Positions 39,277 through 49,198 of a DNA stretch of 64,000 bases are shown piece after piece (the first letter of the stretch is position 1; each line of letters starts with the position of its first letter). The stretch is from Candidatus Bathyarchaeota archaeon (lineage in GTDB: Archaea; Thermoproteota; Bathyarchaeia; Bathyarchaeales; Bathycorpusculaceae), in contig CAVTZU010000023.1 in assembly GCA_963739305.1 (NCBI GenBank), forward strand, positions 32,001 to 96,000, in the 5' to 3' direction. Below the pieces are notes generated by a model. That model was not told the origin of the DNA, ran no database searches, and was given only the letters and a program-made list of their open reading frames with translations. The position numbers and the translations under genes were made by a program.

Positions 39277-39429
39277 TTATCTTCCACGCCTTTCCCAAAG
39301 CTCTTTTTTCAACAAGTCCCTTACAGAAGACCGTATCGCTGAGCTTCTGCTCGGATACATGTTAGCTCGAACGAGTTCGTCCAGCCCCTCCAAGTAAGCT
39401 TCCGGAAGCAAAACCGTTACAAGTTTCAA
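39277..39429 (-). CDS. Ribbon-helix-helix (CopG/CdrS-like) protein, 50 aa; not in ORF track
   Basis: Hand translation MKLVTVLLPEAYLEGLDELVRANMYPSRSSAIRSSVRDLLKKELWERRGR; GGGGG SD before TTG. Confidence 0.85.
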   Translation of the reverse strand: MKLVTVLLPEAYLEGLDELVRANMYPSRSSAIRSSVRDLLKKELWERRGR

Positions 39430-39673
39430 GATTGCTTTCCCCCGAACATGTTATGCAATATGGCATGCACCAAATATAAGATTTAACGAGCTGAACCCTA
39501 TTTCCTGACGCAAATTCTTTGACAAACGCGAAAAACTCGCGCATAACGCAAGCAGAATCGTATGATAGACCCAATCTTTCCTGATTGCGTCCTGACGAAA
39601 TCAAGCATGTAGCCGCGCGCGATGCGCAAATCATAAAACAGAAGATAACTAAGAGAGTCTACAAGGTGTTCCT

Positions 39674-40876
39674 TTGGAAGTATTTGATCCAAAGAAGTTC
39701 ATTGAAACCGCGGTCGAAGAGATAAAAAGGAACGTAGGCAACCAAAGGGTGCTCGTCGCCGTATCAGGTGGTGTCGATAGCGCAACGTGCGCAGCATTGA
39801 CACACAAGGCAATTGGTGAAAATCTCACCTGTGTTATCCTTGATGACGCTTTTATGAGGAACGGTGAACCAGAGCACGTTGCGGAAACGCTTTCAGCACC
39901 GCCATTCAACTTGCCGATGAAAATAGTGAACGCCCGCGAACGCTTTCTGAACGCAATTAAAAACTTGAAGGATGCCGAAGAAAAGCGAAAAATGTTTCGC
40001 GAAACGTTTTACCAAGTTTTGGCTGAAACCGCCAAGAAAGAGAAATGCAGAATCCTTGTCCAAGGGACTATACGCGCGGACATAATAGAAACTGTCGGTG
40101 GAGTAAAAACTCAACATAACATTCTGGAACAAATGGGAATAGACCCTAAGCAGAAATTCGGGTTCAAGGTTGTCGAACCTCTCCTGCCGCTGTTTAAGGA
40201 ACAAGTCAGAATGGTGGCACGACTGTTGGGTTTGCCGAATGAATTCTCTGAACGCCAACCATTTCCTGGACCAGGTTTGTCGGTTCGCGTCGTCGGCAAG
40301 ATAGAACGCGATAAATTAGAAACGCTCAGAACTGCCACTGAGATTGTCGAGAATGAGCTTAAGGAGCTTAAACCAGGACAATACTTCGCGGTTATAATGG
40401 ACAACCAAGAAGCCGCTCAACCATTAAGGACGCCTCACATTCAGGAAACAACTGCACGCCTTCTCAACGTTCCTTCAAGAAACGTTCACGTAAAAGTGTT
40501 CAACGACAAAGCCACAGGCGTTGAGGGAGGAAAAAGACGATACGGAGAAGTTGTCGGGATAATAGTTGAAACCATGAACGGAAAGCTTCACCAGACATCT
40601 CTGCAAAACATATTATCCCTCCAAGCCAGAGTCATCACTGAAAGCCCCGATATCACAAGAGTCTTCTATGCTGTTGAAGACACAAGATCTGTGAAGAAAT
40701 ACATAGTAGGCATACGGTCGGTCGAGACAAAAGACTTCTTGGAAGCAAAAATCACGGAAGTGCCGTGGTCGAAATTGGAGAAAATAGCAGACGAGATAAC
40801 CCAAAAGTGCCCCGACGTGTCAACTGTCTATTATGACGTAACTCCCAAACCACCAGCAACCATCGAAATGGAGTAA
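39674..40876 (+). CDS. guaA: GMP synthase ATP-pyrophosphatase subunit with expanded C-terminal region
   Basis: SGGVDS, QGT..AD.IE...KTQHN, PFPGPGL.VR and YDVTPKPPATIE; no glutaminase domain. Confidence 0.9.
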   Translation: MEVFDPKKFIETAVEEIKRNVGNQRVLVAVSGGVDSATCAALTHKAIGENLTCVILDDAFMRNGEPEHVAETLSAPPFNLPMKIVNARERFLNAIKNLKDAEEKRKMFRETFYQVLAETAKKEKCRILVQGTIRADIIETVGGVKTQHNILEQMGIDPKQKFGFKVVEPLLPLFKEQVRMVARLLGLPNEFSERQPFPGPGLSVRVVGKIERDKLETLRTATEIVENELKELKPGQYFAVIMDNQEAAQPLRTPHIQETTARLLNVPSRNVHVKVFNDKATGVEGGKRRYGEVVGIIVETMNGKLHQTSLQNILSLQARVITESPDITRVFYAVEDTRSVKKYIVGIRSVETKDFLEAKITEVPWSKLEKIADEITQKCPDVSTVYYDVTPKPPATIEME

Positions 40877-40944
40877 TCCCTCTGACCTCAAACTCGAATG
40901 ATTCCCGAAATGTATAAAGGCTCTTTGAACCTCATGACTGATGA

Positions 40945-41277
40945 TTGAACATGTTTCGGGTTAGAGTGCACAAAATTGAGTCAATTCGAGACCTGGACGG
41001 AAACCTAGGAAAGCGCATAGAACTAATCGAAGATCGTGATGTGCCACGCATGATCATCAGACCACAGACAGAAGAGGCAAAAGTCGTACAGGATGTTATC
41101 CAGCAATTACAGCAACAGATGCCAATCTTTCCCGGCCGAGTAGACCTCGCCGTACCAAAAATAATCCTTTTCCTAACCGAACTAGAATATGAGAGTTTAG
41201 CCATAGATTTCGATGTAAATCAAGTCTACGAAATAAGGCTTGAAAATCAGAGCTTGAAGTTCACGAAAACAGCATGA
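40945..41277 (+). CDS. Arcadin-1 homologue
   Basis: D.DG..GKRIELIE...VQDVIQQL...P....PKI.LFLTE.E......DV..VYEI..EN, matching my recollection of Pyrobaculum arcadin-1. Confidence 0.7.
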   Translation: MNMFRVRVHKIESIRDLDGNLGKRIELIEDRDVPRMIIRPQTEEAKVVQDVIQQLQQQMPIFPGRVDLAVPKIILFLTELEYESLAIDFDVNQVYEIRLENQSLKFTKTA

Positions 41278-41602
41278 TTTCCTTCCTTATTTGCTTCAAC
41301 GCCAAATGTCTGGGATGAAAAGAAAGAACAAACATCATATTCCTCAAAGAAGTGTAGATTTCTTCGATATTTGACGACCTTTCGCCCACACAGTAGATAG
41401 GAATTGGCTCTTCATCACCACTCGTGTAGTAGACGTAAACCGACTCGAACTTTTTCCTGAAAGTCCTGACTTCAAAGCTCAACCCTAGATGTCGGGCGAT
41501 CTTTTCAGCCGCGACCCTGACGGGTTCGAATTTCTTTCCTCTCGATACGAAGCTTGAGGCGTAGACAAACAATTTGCCATTGCAGCTTTCCAAGGTGAAC
41601 AA
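41261..41602 (-). CDS. Hypothetical protein
   Basis: 113-aa ORF filling the gap; plausible composition. Confidence 0.65.
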   Translation of the reverse strand: MFTLESCNGKLFVYASSFVSRGKKFEPVRVAAEKIARHLGLSFEVRTFRKKFESVYVYYTSGDEEPIPIYCVGERSSNIEEIYTSLRNMMFVLSFHPRHLALKQIRKEIMLFS

Positions 41603-41700
41603 CCCTCGAATGCTTGATTCAGCAGAATACCTTTTAAAGCGAATGAGGAAACGACACCTCCATAGAGCAGAGAGATAGGTTGAAGTGAAGCCCAGAAAGA

Positions 41701-41985
41701 GTGAACAAGATGAAGGTTGGAGCGCACGTTTTTGTGAGCGGAAAAGTGCAAGGTGTTTTCTTCAGATCAGAAACCAGATCAGAAGCAAAAGAGCATCATG
41801 TTACTGGTTGGGTGCGCAACCTAGCTGATGAGAGAGTTGAAGCCATATTCGAAGGCGAAGAGGAAGACGTTGAAAAACTCGTAGAATTTTGTAGGAAAGG
41901 CTCTCCGGGTGCAAAGGTCGACGCAGTGAGCGTTACCTGGCAACCCTATTCTTGCGACTACGCAAGTTTTGAAATAGAAAACTGA
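41701..41985 (+). CDS. acyP: Acylphosphatase
   Basis: VSGKVQGVFFR and GWVRN..D.RVE. Confidence 0.95.
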   Translation: MNKMKVGAHVFVSGKVQGVFFRSETRSEAKEHHVTGWVRNLADERVEAIFEGEEEDVEKLVEFCRKGSPGAKVDAVSVTWQPYSCDYASFEIEN

Positions 41986-42008
41986 AACTACATCGAAGCT
42001 AAAAGTGC

Positions 42009-42437
42009 TCACGTGTTTTTCTTCGGTATCCTGAAATGGGAGCCTTTTCCAGCGCTAATGTATTCCCCTCCGGCTTGACGCACTGCGGAGGCGATTTTCG
42101 AGAAGTTGTCAGATCCCAAGAACTGTCTTGGCTTGATAATCACGTATTCATCCTTTTCCTCGAAACTCAAGAGGTTCTCCAAATCGTCCGGGAACAGTGT
42201 CTTGGCATCTTCCAACGCCTTTGATCTTTCGGGTGCACGCGGTGCTCCAGCCACGGTTGCCGGCTGTGACAAAGATAGTGGCGGAGGTGCAGTAACAGGC
42301 TGCGTGATTTGTCGGACGGCCAAAGACTTTAGGGACGCGGAAACCTGCTTCAGATCTTCCTGTACATCATTCAAAATGACGACAAGGTCATCAACCTTCT
42401 TGAGGAGAGCATCTATCTTTGCCTTGTCCGCACTCAT
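42009..42437 (-). CDS. Hypothetical protein (coiled coil, Pro-rich linker, small globular domain)
   Basis: Heptad N-terminus, PPP linker, C-terminal KPRQFLG..NF.KIA..VR..GGEY.SAGK.SHF domain; GAGG SD. Confidence 0.75.
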   Translation of the reverse strand: MSADKAKIDALLKKVDDLVVILNDVQEDLKQVSASLKSLAVRQITQPVTAPPPLSLSQPATVAGAPRAPERSKALEDAKTLFPDDLENLLSFEEKDEYVIIKPRQFLGSDNFSKIASAVRQAGGEYISAGKGSHFRIPKKNT

Positions 42438-42525
42438 AAGACCTCTTCCTTCTAAATCCTTAATACTTCACGCATTTATTAATTGTTTCTAACCCTTCTG
42501 ACGATACAAGAACCAGGAGAATTCC

Positions 42526-43569
42526 TTGAAATTGATTGAAGTTGACGGCGGCGAAAAGGGAGGAAGTGGCACGATCCTTAGAGTGGCAGTCTCTTTGTCA
42601 GCCGTGACTGGTCAACCGCTTCACCTTTACAATATCAGACAAAAGAGACCACAGCCAGGGCTGAAACCTCAGCATTTGGAAGCCGTCCTCACAGCGACGA
42701 AGCTCTGTAATGCCGAAGTCAGAGGCGCAACAGTCAATTCACGTGAAATTTGGTTTGAACCTGGAACAATCAAAGGCGGCAGGATCGAGGCAGAAATCGG
42801 CACTGCTGGAAGCATTCCAATGCTCCTGATGACTGTTCTGCCCATCTGTGCTTTTGCTCAGAACCAGGTTGAGTTGCACATTTCTAAGGGTGGAACCGAT
42901 GTATCAAACGCCCCGACAATCAACTACGTCCGCTTTGTCCTACTGCCAACCCTCAAACGAATGGGTCTGGAGGCAACGATAGATGTGCGGAAGTACGGTT
43001 ACTATCCAAAAGGAAACGGTGAAGTCATTGGAAATGTAAAACCCGCGAACTCTCTGAAACCAGTGGTGCTGGAAAACTTCGGAAACGTGAGAGTCATCAA
43101 CGGAGTGTCAGTCTGCACGTTCTTGTCCGAAAGGAAAGTGGCTGAAAGACAAGCCGAAGCAGCCGAACAATATCTGAAGCAAAGAGGCTGCACTGCGCAA
43201 ATCCAAGTAGTAAATGACGAGTCGAACACGTTACAGAAGGGCAGTTCGCTTACCTTGTGGGCCGAGACCGACGCGAGTGTTATAATTGGAGCAGACTCGA
43301 TCGGCGAAATAAAGAAATCAAGTGAAAAAGTCGGGGAAGAGGCAGCGAAGAAGCTGTATGATGAAGTTTCTGCTAAACCAACGGTTGACATACACCTTGC
43401 CGATCTACTCATTCCATATGTAGCGCTAGCACAAGGCAATTCAATATACGTCACGCGAGCCCTCTCGGAACATCTAGAAACGAACATTTGGCTCACCGAG
43501 AAACTTCTCAAAGTCAAGTTCAAGGTTGAAAAAACAGGGAACCTTTACCGGATACGAAAAACTGTCTAG
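42526..43569 (+). CDS. rtcA: RNA 3'-terminal phosphate cyclase
   Basis: IR..RP.PGLKPQH, TAGSI, GGTDV..AP, GYYPKG.G, D.HLAD and H..TN. Confidence 0.93.
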   Translation: MKLIEVDGGEKGGSGTILRVAVSLSAVTGQPLHLYNIRQKRPQPGLKPQHLEAVLTATKLCNAEVRGATVNSREIWFEPGTIKGGRIEAEIGTAGSIPMLLMTVLPICAFAQNQVELHISKGGTDVSNAPTINYVRFVLLPTLKRMGLEATIDVRKYGYYPKGNGEVIGNVKPANSLKPVVLENFGNVRVINGVSVCTFLSERKVAERQAEAAEQYLKQRGCTAQIQVVNDESNTLQKGSSLTLWAETDASVIIGADSIGEIKKSSEKVGEEAAKKLYDEVSAKPTVDIHLADLLIPYVALAQGNSIYVTRALSEHLETNIWLTEKLLKVKFKVEKTGNLYRIRKTV

Positions 43570-43583
43570 TCAGAGAGAAAACG

Positions 43584-44366
43584 ATGGTCAACGCTGATCG
43601 AAAGAAGATCATTCAGAGGTACTATGCAGTCAGGTCCAGAGATTACGATAAACAAAAGTCCAGAACCTGGAAATCTGATAAAGGTTTTGGAACAGGAGTG
43701 TTGAACGAGCTCCTAAGCGCGTTCGCGTCTTTTGACGGAAAGCTTCTGCTGGAAATTGGCGTGGGAAGTGGAAGAAACGCGAAACCCTTGCTGGAAAAAG
43801 TCAAACTCCAACTAATCGGGCTCGACTTAACGAAAGAAATGGTCCTGACTGCAAAAAACAAACTGCTTGGCCACAGGAAGTGTGTTGACCTGGTCGTTGC
43901 GGACGCCGAACACCTTCCCTTCAAAACAGCAGCGTTCGACGGAATCTTATGCGTCAGCACGATGCACTATTTCGAACATCCAAAAGACACCTTGGAAAAT
44001 GCCGCTCAAGCCCTGAAGAACGAAGGAACTTTTTTCTATGGTGATCTTTCCCCACACGAATCGGATGGTCAAGAGTTTTTCGAAAGACTAGAGAGAACAA
44101 TCTCCAAAGCACATTTCAGATATCACAAACCTTCAGAGATGAAACATCTGTTTGACCAACACGGATTCAGAGTCATTAAACTGAAAAGCATCTCCTACCG
44201 GAAAAGCTACGAATCATTGATTGAGGACAAAGCAGACTATTTCGGAATTGAACCAGAGAGATGTTATCGATACATCCGAGAAGCAAACCTGGAAGCGAAA
44301 AACCAGTATGAGTTGACACAGAGAGAGTTGACTCAGTTCTACACGATCATTGTTGCCGTCAAGTAG
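43584..44366 (+). CDS. Class I SAM-dependent methyltransferase
   Basis: LEIGVGSG and DAEHLPF...FD. Confidence 0.9.
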   Translation: MVNADRKKIIQRYYAVRSRDYDKQKSRTWKSDKGFGTGVLNELLSAFASFDGKLLLEIGVGSGRNAKPLLEKVKLQLIGLDLTKEMVLTAKNKLLGHRKCVDLVVADAEHLPFKTAAFDGILCVSTMHYFEHPKDTLENAAQALKNEGTFFYGDLSPHESDGQEFFERLERTISKAHFRYHKPSEMKHLFDQHGFRVIKLKSISYRKSYESLIEDKADYFGIEPERCYRYIREANLEAKNQYELTQRELTQFYTIIVAVK

Positions 44367-44382
44367 GAGTTGGAGCTACAAG

Positions 44383-45453
44383 ATGCTTGAAGAGACAACA
44401 AGCCTGAAGGTCCCAAAGAAGCAGGGTCAGAAGACTCTGGAACTAGCGGGTCAGTTGAAACTAATCAACGAACAATTCAAAATAATGAAAAACCATGATT
44501 TTGTTTACGTTCCTGTAATCGAAAAGCCGTCAGACCACGACTCGAAAATCTTTAAGGATTCTGGAGTTAGCTTCGAGATTGTAGCGAGATCTTTCGAGAA
44601 AAGAAAGAAAGAGAAAAGATCCCTCGTCGAACAGCTTGAAGAGAAATTGCCTCCACGTTTACTAGCTAGCTTGCCAAGATCACTCGATTTAGTCGGGGAC
44701 ATCGCTATAATCGAAATACCACCAGAGCTTCGCGAACACAAAGAGGCCATCGGAAAAGCGATTCTAGGATCCAACAAGAACGTACACACCGTTCTGGCCA
44801 AGGCTGGACCTGTGAGCGGAACGTACCGAACAAGAGGATTCGACTTCGTAGCTGGAGAACGGAAGACCGAGACCACGCACAGAGAACATGGATGCCAATA
44901 CCTAGTAGACGTTGCAAAAACGTATTTCTCGCCGAGGCTTTCAAACGAACACAAAAGGGTAGCATCGATCGTCAAAGAAGGCGAGACAGTAGTAGACCTG
45001 TTTGCGGGCGTTGGTCCCTTTGCCATACTGATAGCCAAAAACCATTACAAGGTGCAAGTTTACGCAATAGATGCAAATCCTGACGCGGTAGAATACTTGA
45101 GAACCAACGTCAGGCTGAACAGAGTGATCGATAAGGTCCACCCGATACTAGGAGATGCAAAAGAAGTAATCGACAATGAAATTTCAGGCATTGCCGACCG
45201 CGTTATCATGAACCTTCCCGAAAAGGCGATAGAATTCGTCGATACTGCTTGCCGCGCACTGAAGACAACGGGCGGAATCATTCACTTCTACAGTTTTACC
45301 GACGCATCAATTCCCTTAGAAAGGGTGAAACTTCGTTTTGCCGCGGCGGTCAGAAGTTCCGAGAGAAGAGTAGAAAAGATTCTGGGCATGAGAATCGTAC
45401 GCGAAACCGCTCCACACGAAACGCAAATCGTCTTGGACGCAAAGATCATCTAG
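44383..45453 (+). CDS. trm5: tRNA m1G37 methyltransferase Trm5 family
   Basis: VGDIAI, YFSPRL..E, DLFAGVGPF and IMNLP. Confidence 0.9.
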   Translation: MLEETTSLKVPKKQGQKTLELAGQLKLINEQFKIMKNHDFVYVPVIEKPSDHDSKIFKDSGVSFEIVARSFEKRKKEKRSLVEQLEEKLPPRLLASLPRSLDLVGDIAIIEIPPELREHKEAIGKAILGSNKNVHTVLAKAGPVSGTYRTRGFDFVAGERKTETTHREHGCQYLVDVAKTYFSPRLSNEHKRVASIVKEGETVVDLFAGVGPFAILIAKNHYKVQVYAIDANPDAVEYLRTNVRLNRVIDKVHPILGDAKEVIDNEISGIADRVIMNLPEKAIEFVDTACRALKTTGGIIHFYSFTDASIPLERVKLRFAAAVRSSERRVEKILGMRIVRETAPHETQIVLDAKII

Positions 45454-45884
45454 GATTCCAAAACGAGCGTTACCTTAACTTCCTGCTCGGGATCTTGCAT
45501 CTTCTTGACGAGTTCTCTAGATAAGCCATTTGCAGATTTATCGGCGTGAATGGCTAACGTGCGACTACATATGAAACCGCTTTTCCTTACGACAATGTCC
45601 CTTGGATGGTTCAGCAATAGTCTAGAATTTCCGCGTGCCCTAATGGTTTCAGTGACTCCACCAACTTCGATCAAGATAGATATCTTCGCGTCGTCTTTTC
45701 GCAGTTTCTCTTTGAAGCTCTGATCTAGGTCCTGAACAGCTCTGTTTGCTCCCACCGCGATAATGCAATCACCTTTTCTTGAGAGATCTTTTTCCTTCGT
45801 GATCTCGATGGTCGTTTCATGCGTGGCAGTAACATTCGCATTCCCATGAGCAAGGATGAATTCCTTTGATTCCGAGGAATTCAA
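45450..45884 (-). CDS. DUF371 protein
   Basis: A.H.TT.EITK...L...GDCII and D.V.RKS.F...RT. Confidence 0.88.
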   Translation of the reverse strand: MNSSESKEFILAHGNANVTATHETTIEITKEKDLSRKGDCIIAVGANRAVQDLDQSFKEKLRKDDAKISILIEVGGVTETIRARGNSRLLLNHPRDIVVRKSGFICSRTLAIHADKSANGLSRELVKKMQDPEQEVKVTLVLES

Positions 45885-46850
45885 CTATTCCAAGACCTCT
45901 ATCGAGTCGACTTTTCCGTCGCCGTCGAGGTCAAAACCTTGTATGACTTTAGCGAAAGTTTCATCGCCCTTGTAGTTCCTCAATGTTTTTTGCCAGAAAT
46001 TGGTCAATGCTAAGACGCATGCTTTCGTTCCCACCGCTTTGTTGCCCGCTAAGACTATAACCCGTTTGCTTTTGTCCCAGGGGTTCACGATTTTCGCGAT
46101 CAACCCCACGTTGTCAGCCGTATACACCGCCGAAGTTCGCCTCGATACTAACCCTCCGAACAGAAAACCCTCTGTGGAGGAGCGCATTTCAAACCTTATC
46201 GGCAGGTACTCATTAATGTCCTGCGTTAGCAGATTTGTACCAGGACCGCCGACAAGTATCAGATTGTTCTTTTCCTCCTTTTCAGCTTTGACGTCAACAT
46301 CGAGCTTTATAGCGAATTCATCAGGCATCTTCACAAATTGCCCGAGGAAGAAAGTCAAGTGCGAAGCATAATGGCCATCCCTCGCGATTGTTTTGAAAGG
46401 CCCATGGGGTGCCGGACTACCCACAACAATTTTCCCCTCAAAAGTACTGTCGGCTCTGATGAACTCTTTAAAGAACATCTGCAAATGTTCCTCCATGGCC
46501 AGAAGGGAGAGCTTCTTGATCGGTTTGTACTCCTGAGGGAGTTCTATTCCGAAGGCAGAGGAAACTGCCCTAAAGTATCTGGCCGTTGCACCTTTCTTTT
46601 CCTCCTCTCTAACAACGGAGATTGCACCGGCTTTTTCCAGTTTTCTAATGTGATAGTACACTTTTTGCTCATGAAGCTTGAGGGCTTTGGCTATTTCCAG
46701 CGGATACATTTCCCTTTCTGAAAGCATCAGCAGAATCTTCCAGCTAAGCCTATTCAGGATCATCTTCAGTTTTTCAGGATCATCAATCATCATGATTTCC
46801 TTGACTTTCTGCGTCTGGCCGTCCTCTTTGAGGAGAAATTTCCTGTCCAA
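45885..46850 (-). CDS. ArsR-type wHTH regulator fused to an alpha/beta domain with a terminal DxDGDG motif
   Basis: EQKVYYHIRKL..AG wHTH, NLILVGGP.TN and GFDLDGDGKVD. Confidence 0.8.
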   Translation of the reverse strand: MDRKFLLKEDGQTQKVKEIMMIDDPEKLKMILNRLSWKILLMLSEREMYPLEIAKALKLHEQKVYYHIRKLEKAGAISVVREEEKKGATARYFRAVSSAFGIELPQEYKPIKKLSLLAMEEHLQMFFKEFIRADSTFEGKIVVGSPAPHGPFKTIARDGHYASHLTFFLGQFVKMPDEFAIKLDVDVKAEKEEKNNLILVGGPGTNLLTQDINEYLPIRFEMRSSTEGFLFGGLVSRRTSAVYTADNVGLIAKIVNPWDKSKRVIVLAGNKAVGTKACVLALTNFWQKTLRNYKGDETFAKVIQGFDLDGDGKVDSIEVLE

Positions 46851-47059
46851 AGTGCTTCCCTACATTAGTGAAAAAAGCACCTCTATAAGATTTTTGTTAC
46901 TACTCACTCCGAAAACCATGAAGCTGCACGATAAGTCGATGCTGTCAGAAGGAAAAGATATCAAAGATTTGTTTTAAAACCCAGAATTATGTATTAACAA
47001 TGCTTATTAGCACAGAAACGGTTCGAAAAAGGCTTACGGTAGACAAGCGAGGTTTGGAA

Positions 47060-48889
47060 ATGTGCGGAATATTCGGGTGCATTCTCAAAGAGGGAAAAGC
47101 TGCACCAGTCATACATGCCGCGTTGAAAAGACTTGAGTATCGTGGCTACGACTCGGTTGGAGAAGCTACGATAAGCGAAGGCAGAATTTGGATTAAGAAG
47201 GATCAAGGAAAAATCGACGAAGTTCACAGAATGCGCAACCTAGATGACTTGCCAGGGAGCCTCGGCATCGGCCACACAAGGTGGGCTACTCATGGAGCGC
47301 CCCTTGAAGTAAACGCGCACCCACACGTTGACTGCAGAGGCGAGTTCGTGGTTGTTCATAACGGTATAATAGAAAATTTTGATGAGTTGCGAACTGACCT
47401 TGAAAACCGCGGTCACGTTTTCAAGTCCAAAACCGACACAGAGGTCATTCCCCATCTCATAGAAGAGATCATGAAAAACGATCCTTCTCTGAGTCTTGCA
47501 AATGCGGTTCTCGAAGCCGTGAAGAAACTTCAGGGATCCTATTCAATCGCGACGATCTCTTCAAAAGAACCTGACAAGATAGTGTGCGCGCGAAACGAAA
47601 GCCCACTTGTAGTGGGAGTAAATGGCGAAGACATTTTCTTTGCATCCGACATTCCGGCTTTCTTGCCATTGACCAACAAGGCAGTCATCGTTGATGACGG
47701 CGAGCTCGTTATCCTCTCATTAGGAAAAGTCGAAATCAGGAAAATTGCAGACGGACGCCCGGTCACGCGCGATCCCCAGATCATTGAGTGGTCCCCTGAA
47801 ATGGCAGTCAAACAAGGTTATCCACACTTCATGATCAAGGAGATTCACGAACAACCTCAATGCTTACGAAACACTCTAAGAGTGCAGGAACACTACGCAG
47901 ACTTGATGGCAACTTTTCTCGACCGTGCCCGCGACTCCTACCTAGTTGCATGCGGAACGTCCTACCATGCGTGCCTAGCAGCATCTTACATGTTTTCCAA
48001 GCTCGCGTTTCTTCCAACGTTTCCAATCATTGCTTCCGAATTCATTGAACAATGCGGCAAATCGGTCAACATCGATAGCACAATATTGGCAGTGAGCCAA
48101 TCCGGCGAAACAGCCGACACCCTTGCATCTGTAAACGTTGCCCGGCAGAGAGCGGCAACTATTCTCGGGTTGACCAACGCAATCGGGTCAACTCTGACGA
48201 GGATCTCAAGGGTCTACATTGGACAGCAATCGGGCCCTGAAATAGGCGTTGCGGCAACGAAAACTTTCACTTCTCAACTTTCAGTAATGGCTCAGTTGGC
48301 TTTGCGTCTAGCAAAGAAAAGAGGAAAGGTTTCGCAGGATGAAATGGATTACTTGGCAGAAAAACTGATGAAACTTCCTGACATCGTTGAAGAAATAATT
48401 CAAAAACAAGAGGAGAAAACGAAGCAGATCGCAAAGAAGTACAAAGACGCAAAGACCTTCTTCTTCTTGGGACGTGGAATCAGCACTGCCACAGCCTACG
48501 AGGGCAGACTCAAACTAATGGAGATAGCTTATGTTCCTGCGATTGCTTTTCCAGCTGGCGAAAGCAAACACGGTCCAATAAGTCTCATAGAACCAGGTTT
48601 CCCAGTCGTGTTCATTTGCGCAAAAGACGAGACGTACAGGACATTAATCGGCAACATCATGGAAATGAAGGCAAGAGGCGCCTCAATAATCGCTGTGCTG
48701 GAAGAAGACGATGAAGAAGTCAAGAAACTGGCGGATGACTATATCGAAGTCCCGAAAGGCATCCCTGAAGTGTTGTCGCCAATACCCTTCGTCGTGCCGT
48801 TGCAGCTGCTGGCCTACTACATGGCCATTGAGAGGGGCTGCAACCCAGACACGCCACGCAACCTAGCCAAATCAGTTACCGTAAAATAG
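47060..48889 (+). CDS. glmS: Glutamine-fructose-6-phosphate transaminase
   Basis: MCGI, EYRGYDS, HTRWATHG, SQSGET and PRNLAKSVTV. Confidence 0.97.
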   Translation: MCGIFGCILKEGKAAPVIHAALKRLEYRGYDSVGEATISEGRIWIKKDQGKIDEVHRMRNLDDLPGSLGIGHTRWATHGAPLEVNAHPHVDCRGEFVVVHNGIIENFDELRTDLENRGHVFKSKTDTEVIPHLIEEIMKNDPSLSLANAVLEAVKKLQGSYSIATISSKEPDKIVCARNESPLVVGVNGEDIFFASDIPAFLPLTNKAVIVDDGELVILSLGKVEIRKIADGRPVTRDPQIIEWSPEMAVKQGYPHFMIKEIHEQPQCLRNTLRVQEHYADLMATFLDRARDSYLVACGTSYHACLAASYMFSKLAFLPTFPIIASEFIEQCGKSVNIDSTILAVSQSGETADTLASVNVARQRAATILGLTNAIGSTLTRISRVYIGQQSGPEIGVAATKTFTSQLSVMAQLALRLAKKRGKVSQDEMDYLAEKLMKLPDIVEEIIQKQEEKTKQIAKKYKDAKTFFFLGRGISTATAYEGRLKLMEIAYVPAIAFPAGESKHGPISLIEPGFPVVFICAKDETYRTLIGNIMEMKARGASIIAVLEEDDEEVKKLADDYIEVPKGIPEVLSPIPFVVPLQLLAYYMAIERGCNPDTPRNLAKSVTVK

Positions 48890-48912
48890 AAGACAGATAA
48901 GAAGCGAGTCTC

Positions 48913-49166
48913 TCAAGGGCGATGACTGCGTACAATTCCACTTTTCAATCTGTTAGTGATTCCAGCCTTTAACTCCTCAAAGCAAGAGCTCAAGCGTTCA
49001 GCGTCATCTTTTGACATTCCAGCCAGAATCAGTTGCTTCTCAAAGGCTCTCCTGGTCTTTCGCACTCGACCTTCCAAGGTCAAATACATATAGAGAAGAT
49101 CGAACGACATCCGAGCTATGTATGGAGATTCCTTGATCACTGCTGTCAACGAAGCTGCCTTCATCT
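48913..49166 (-). CDS. Hypothetical helical protein
   Basis: Last gene of a four-gene cluster; RRAFEKQL...GMSKDDAERL; start uncertain. Confidence 0.65.
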
Positions 49167-49198
49167 GAATCATCTTCTCGTAGAAGAAAAGGGAGGGA

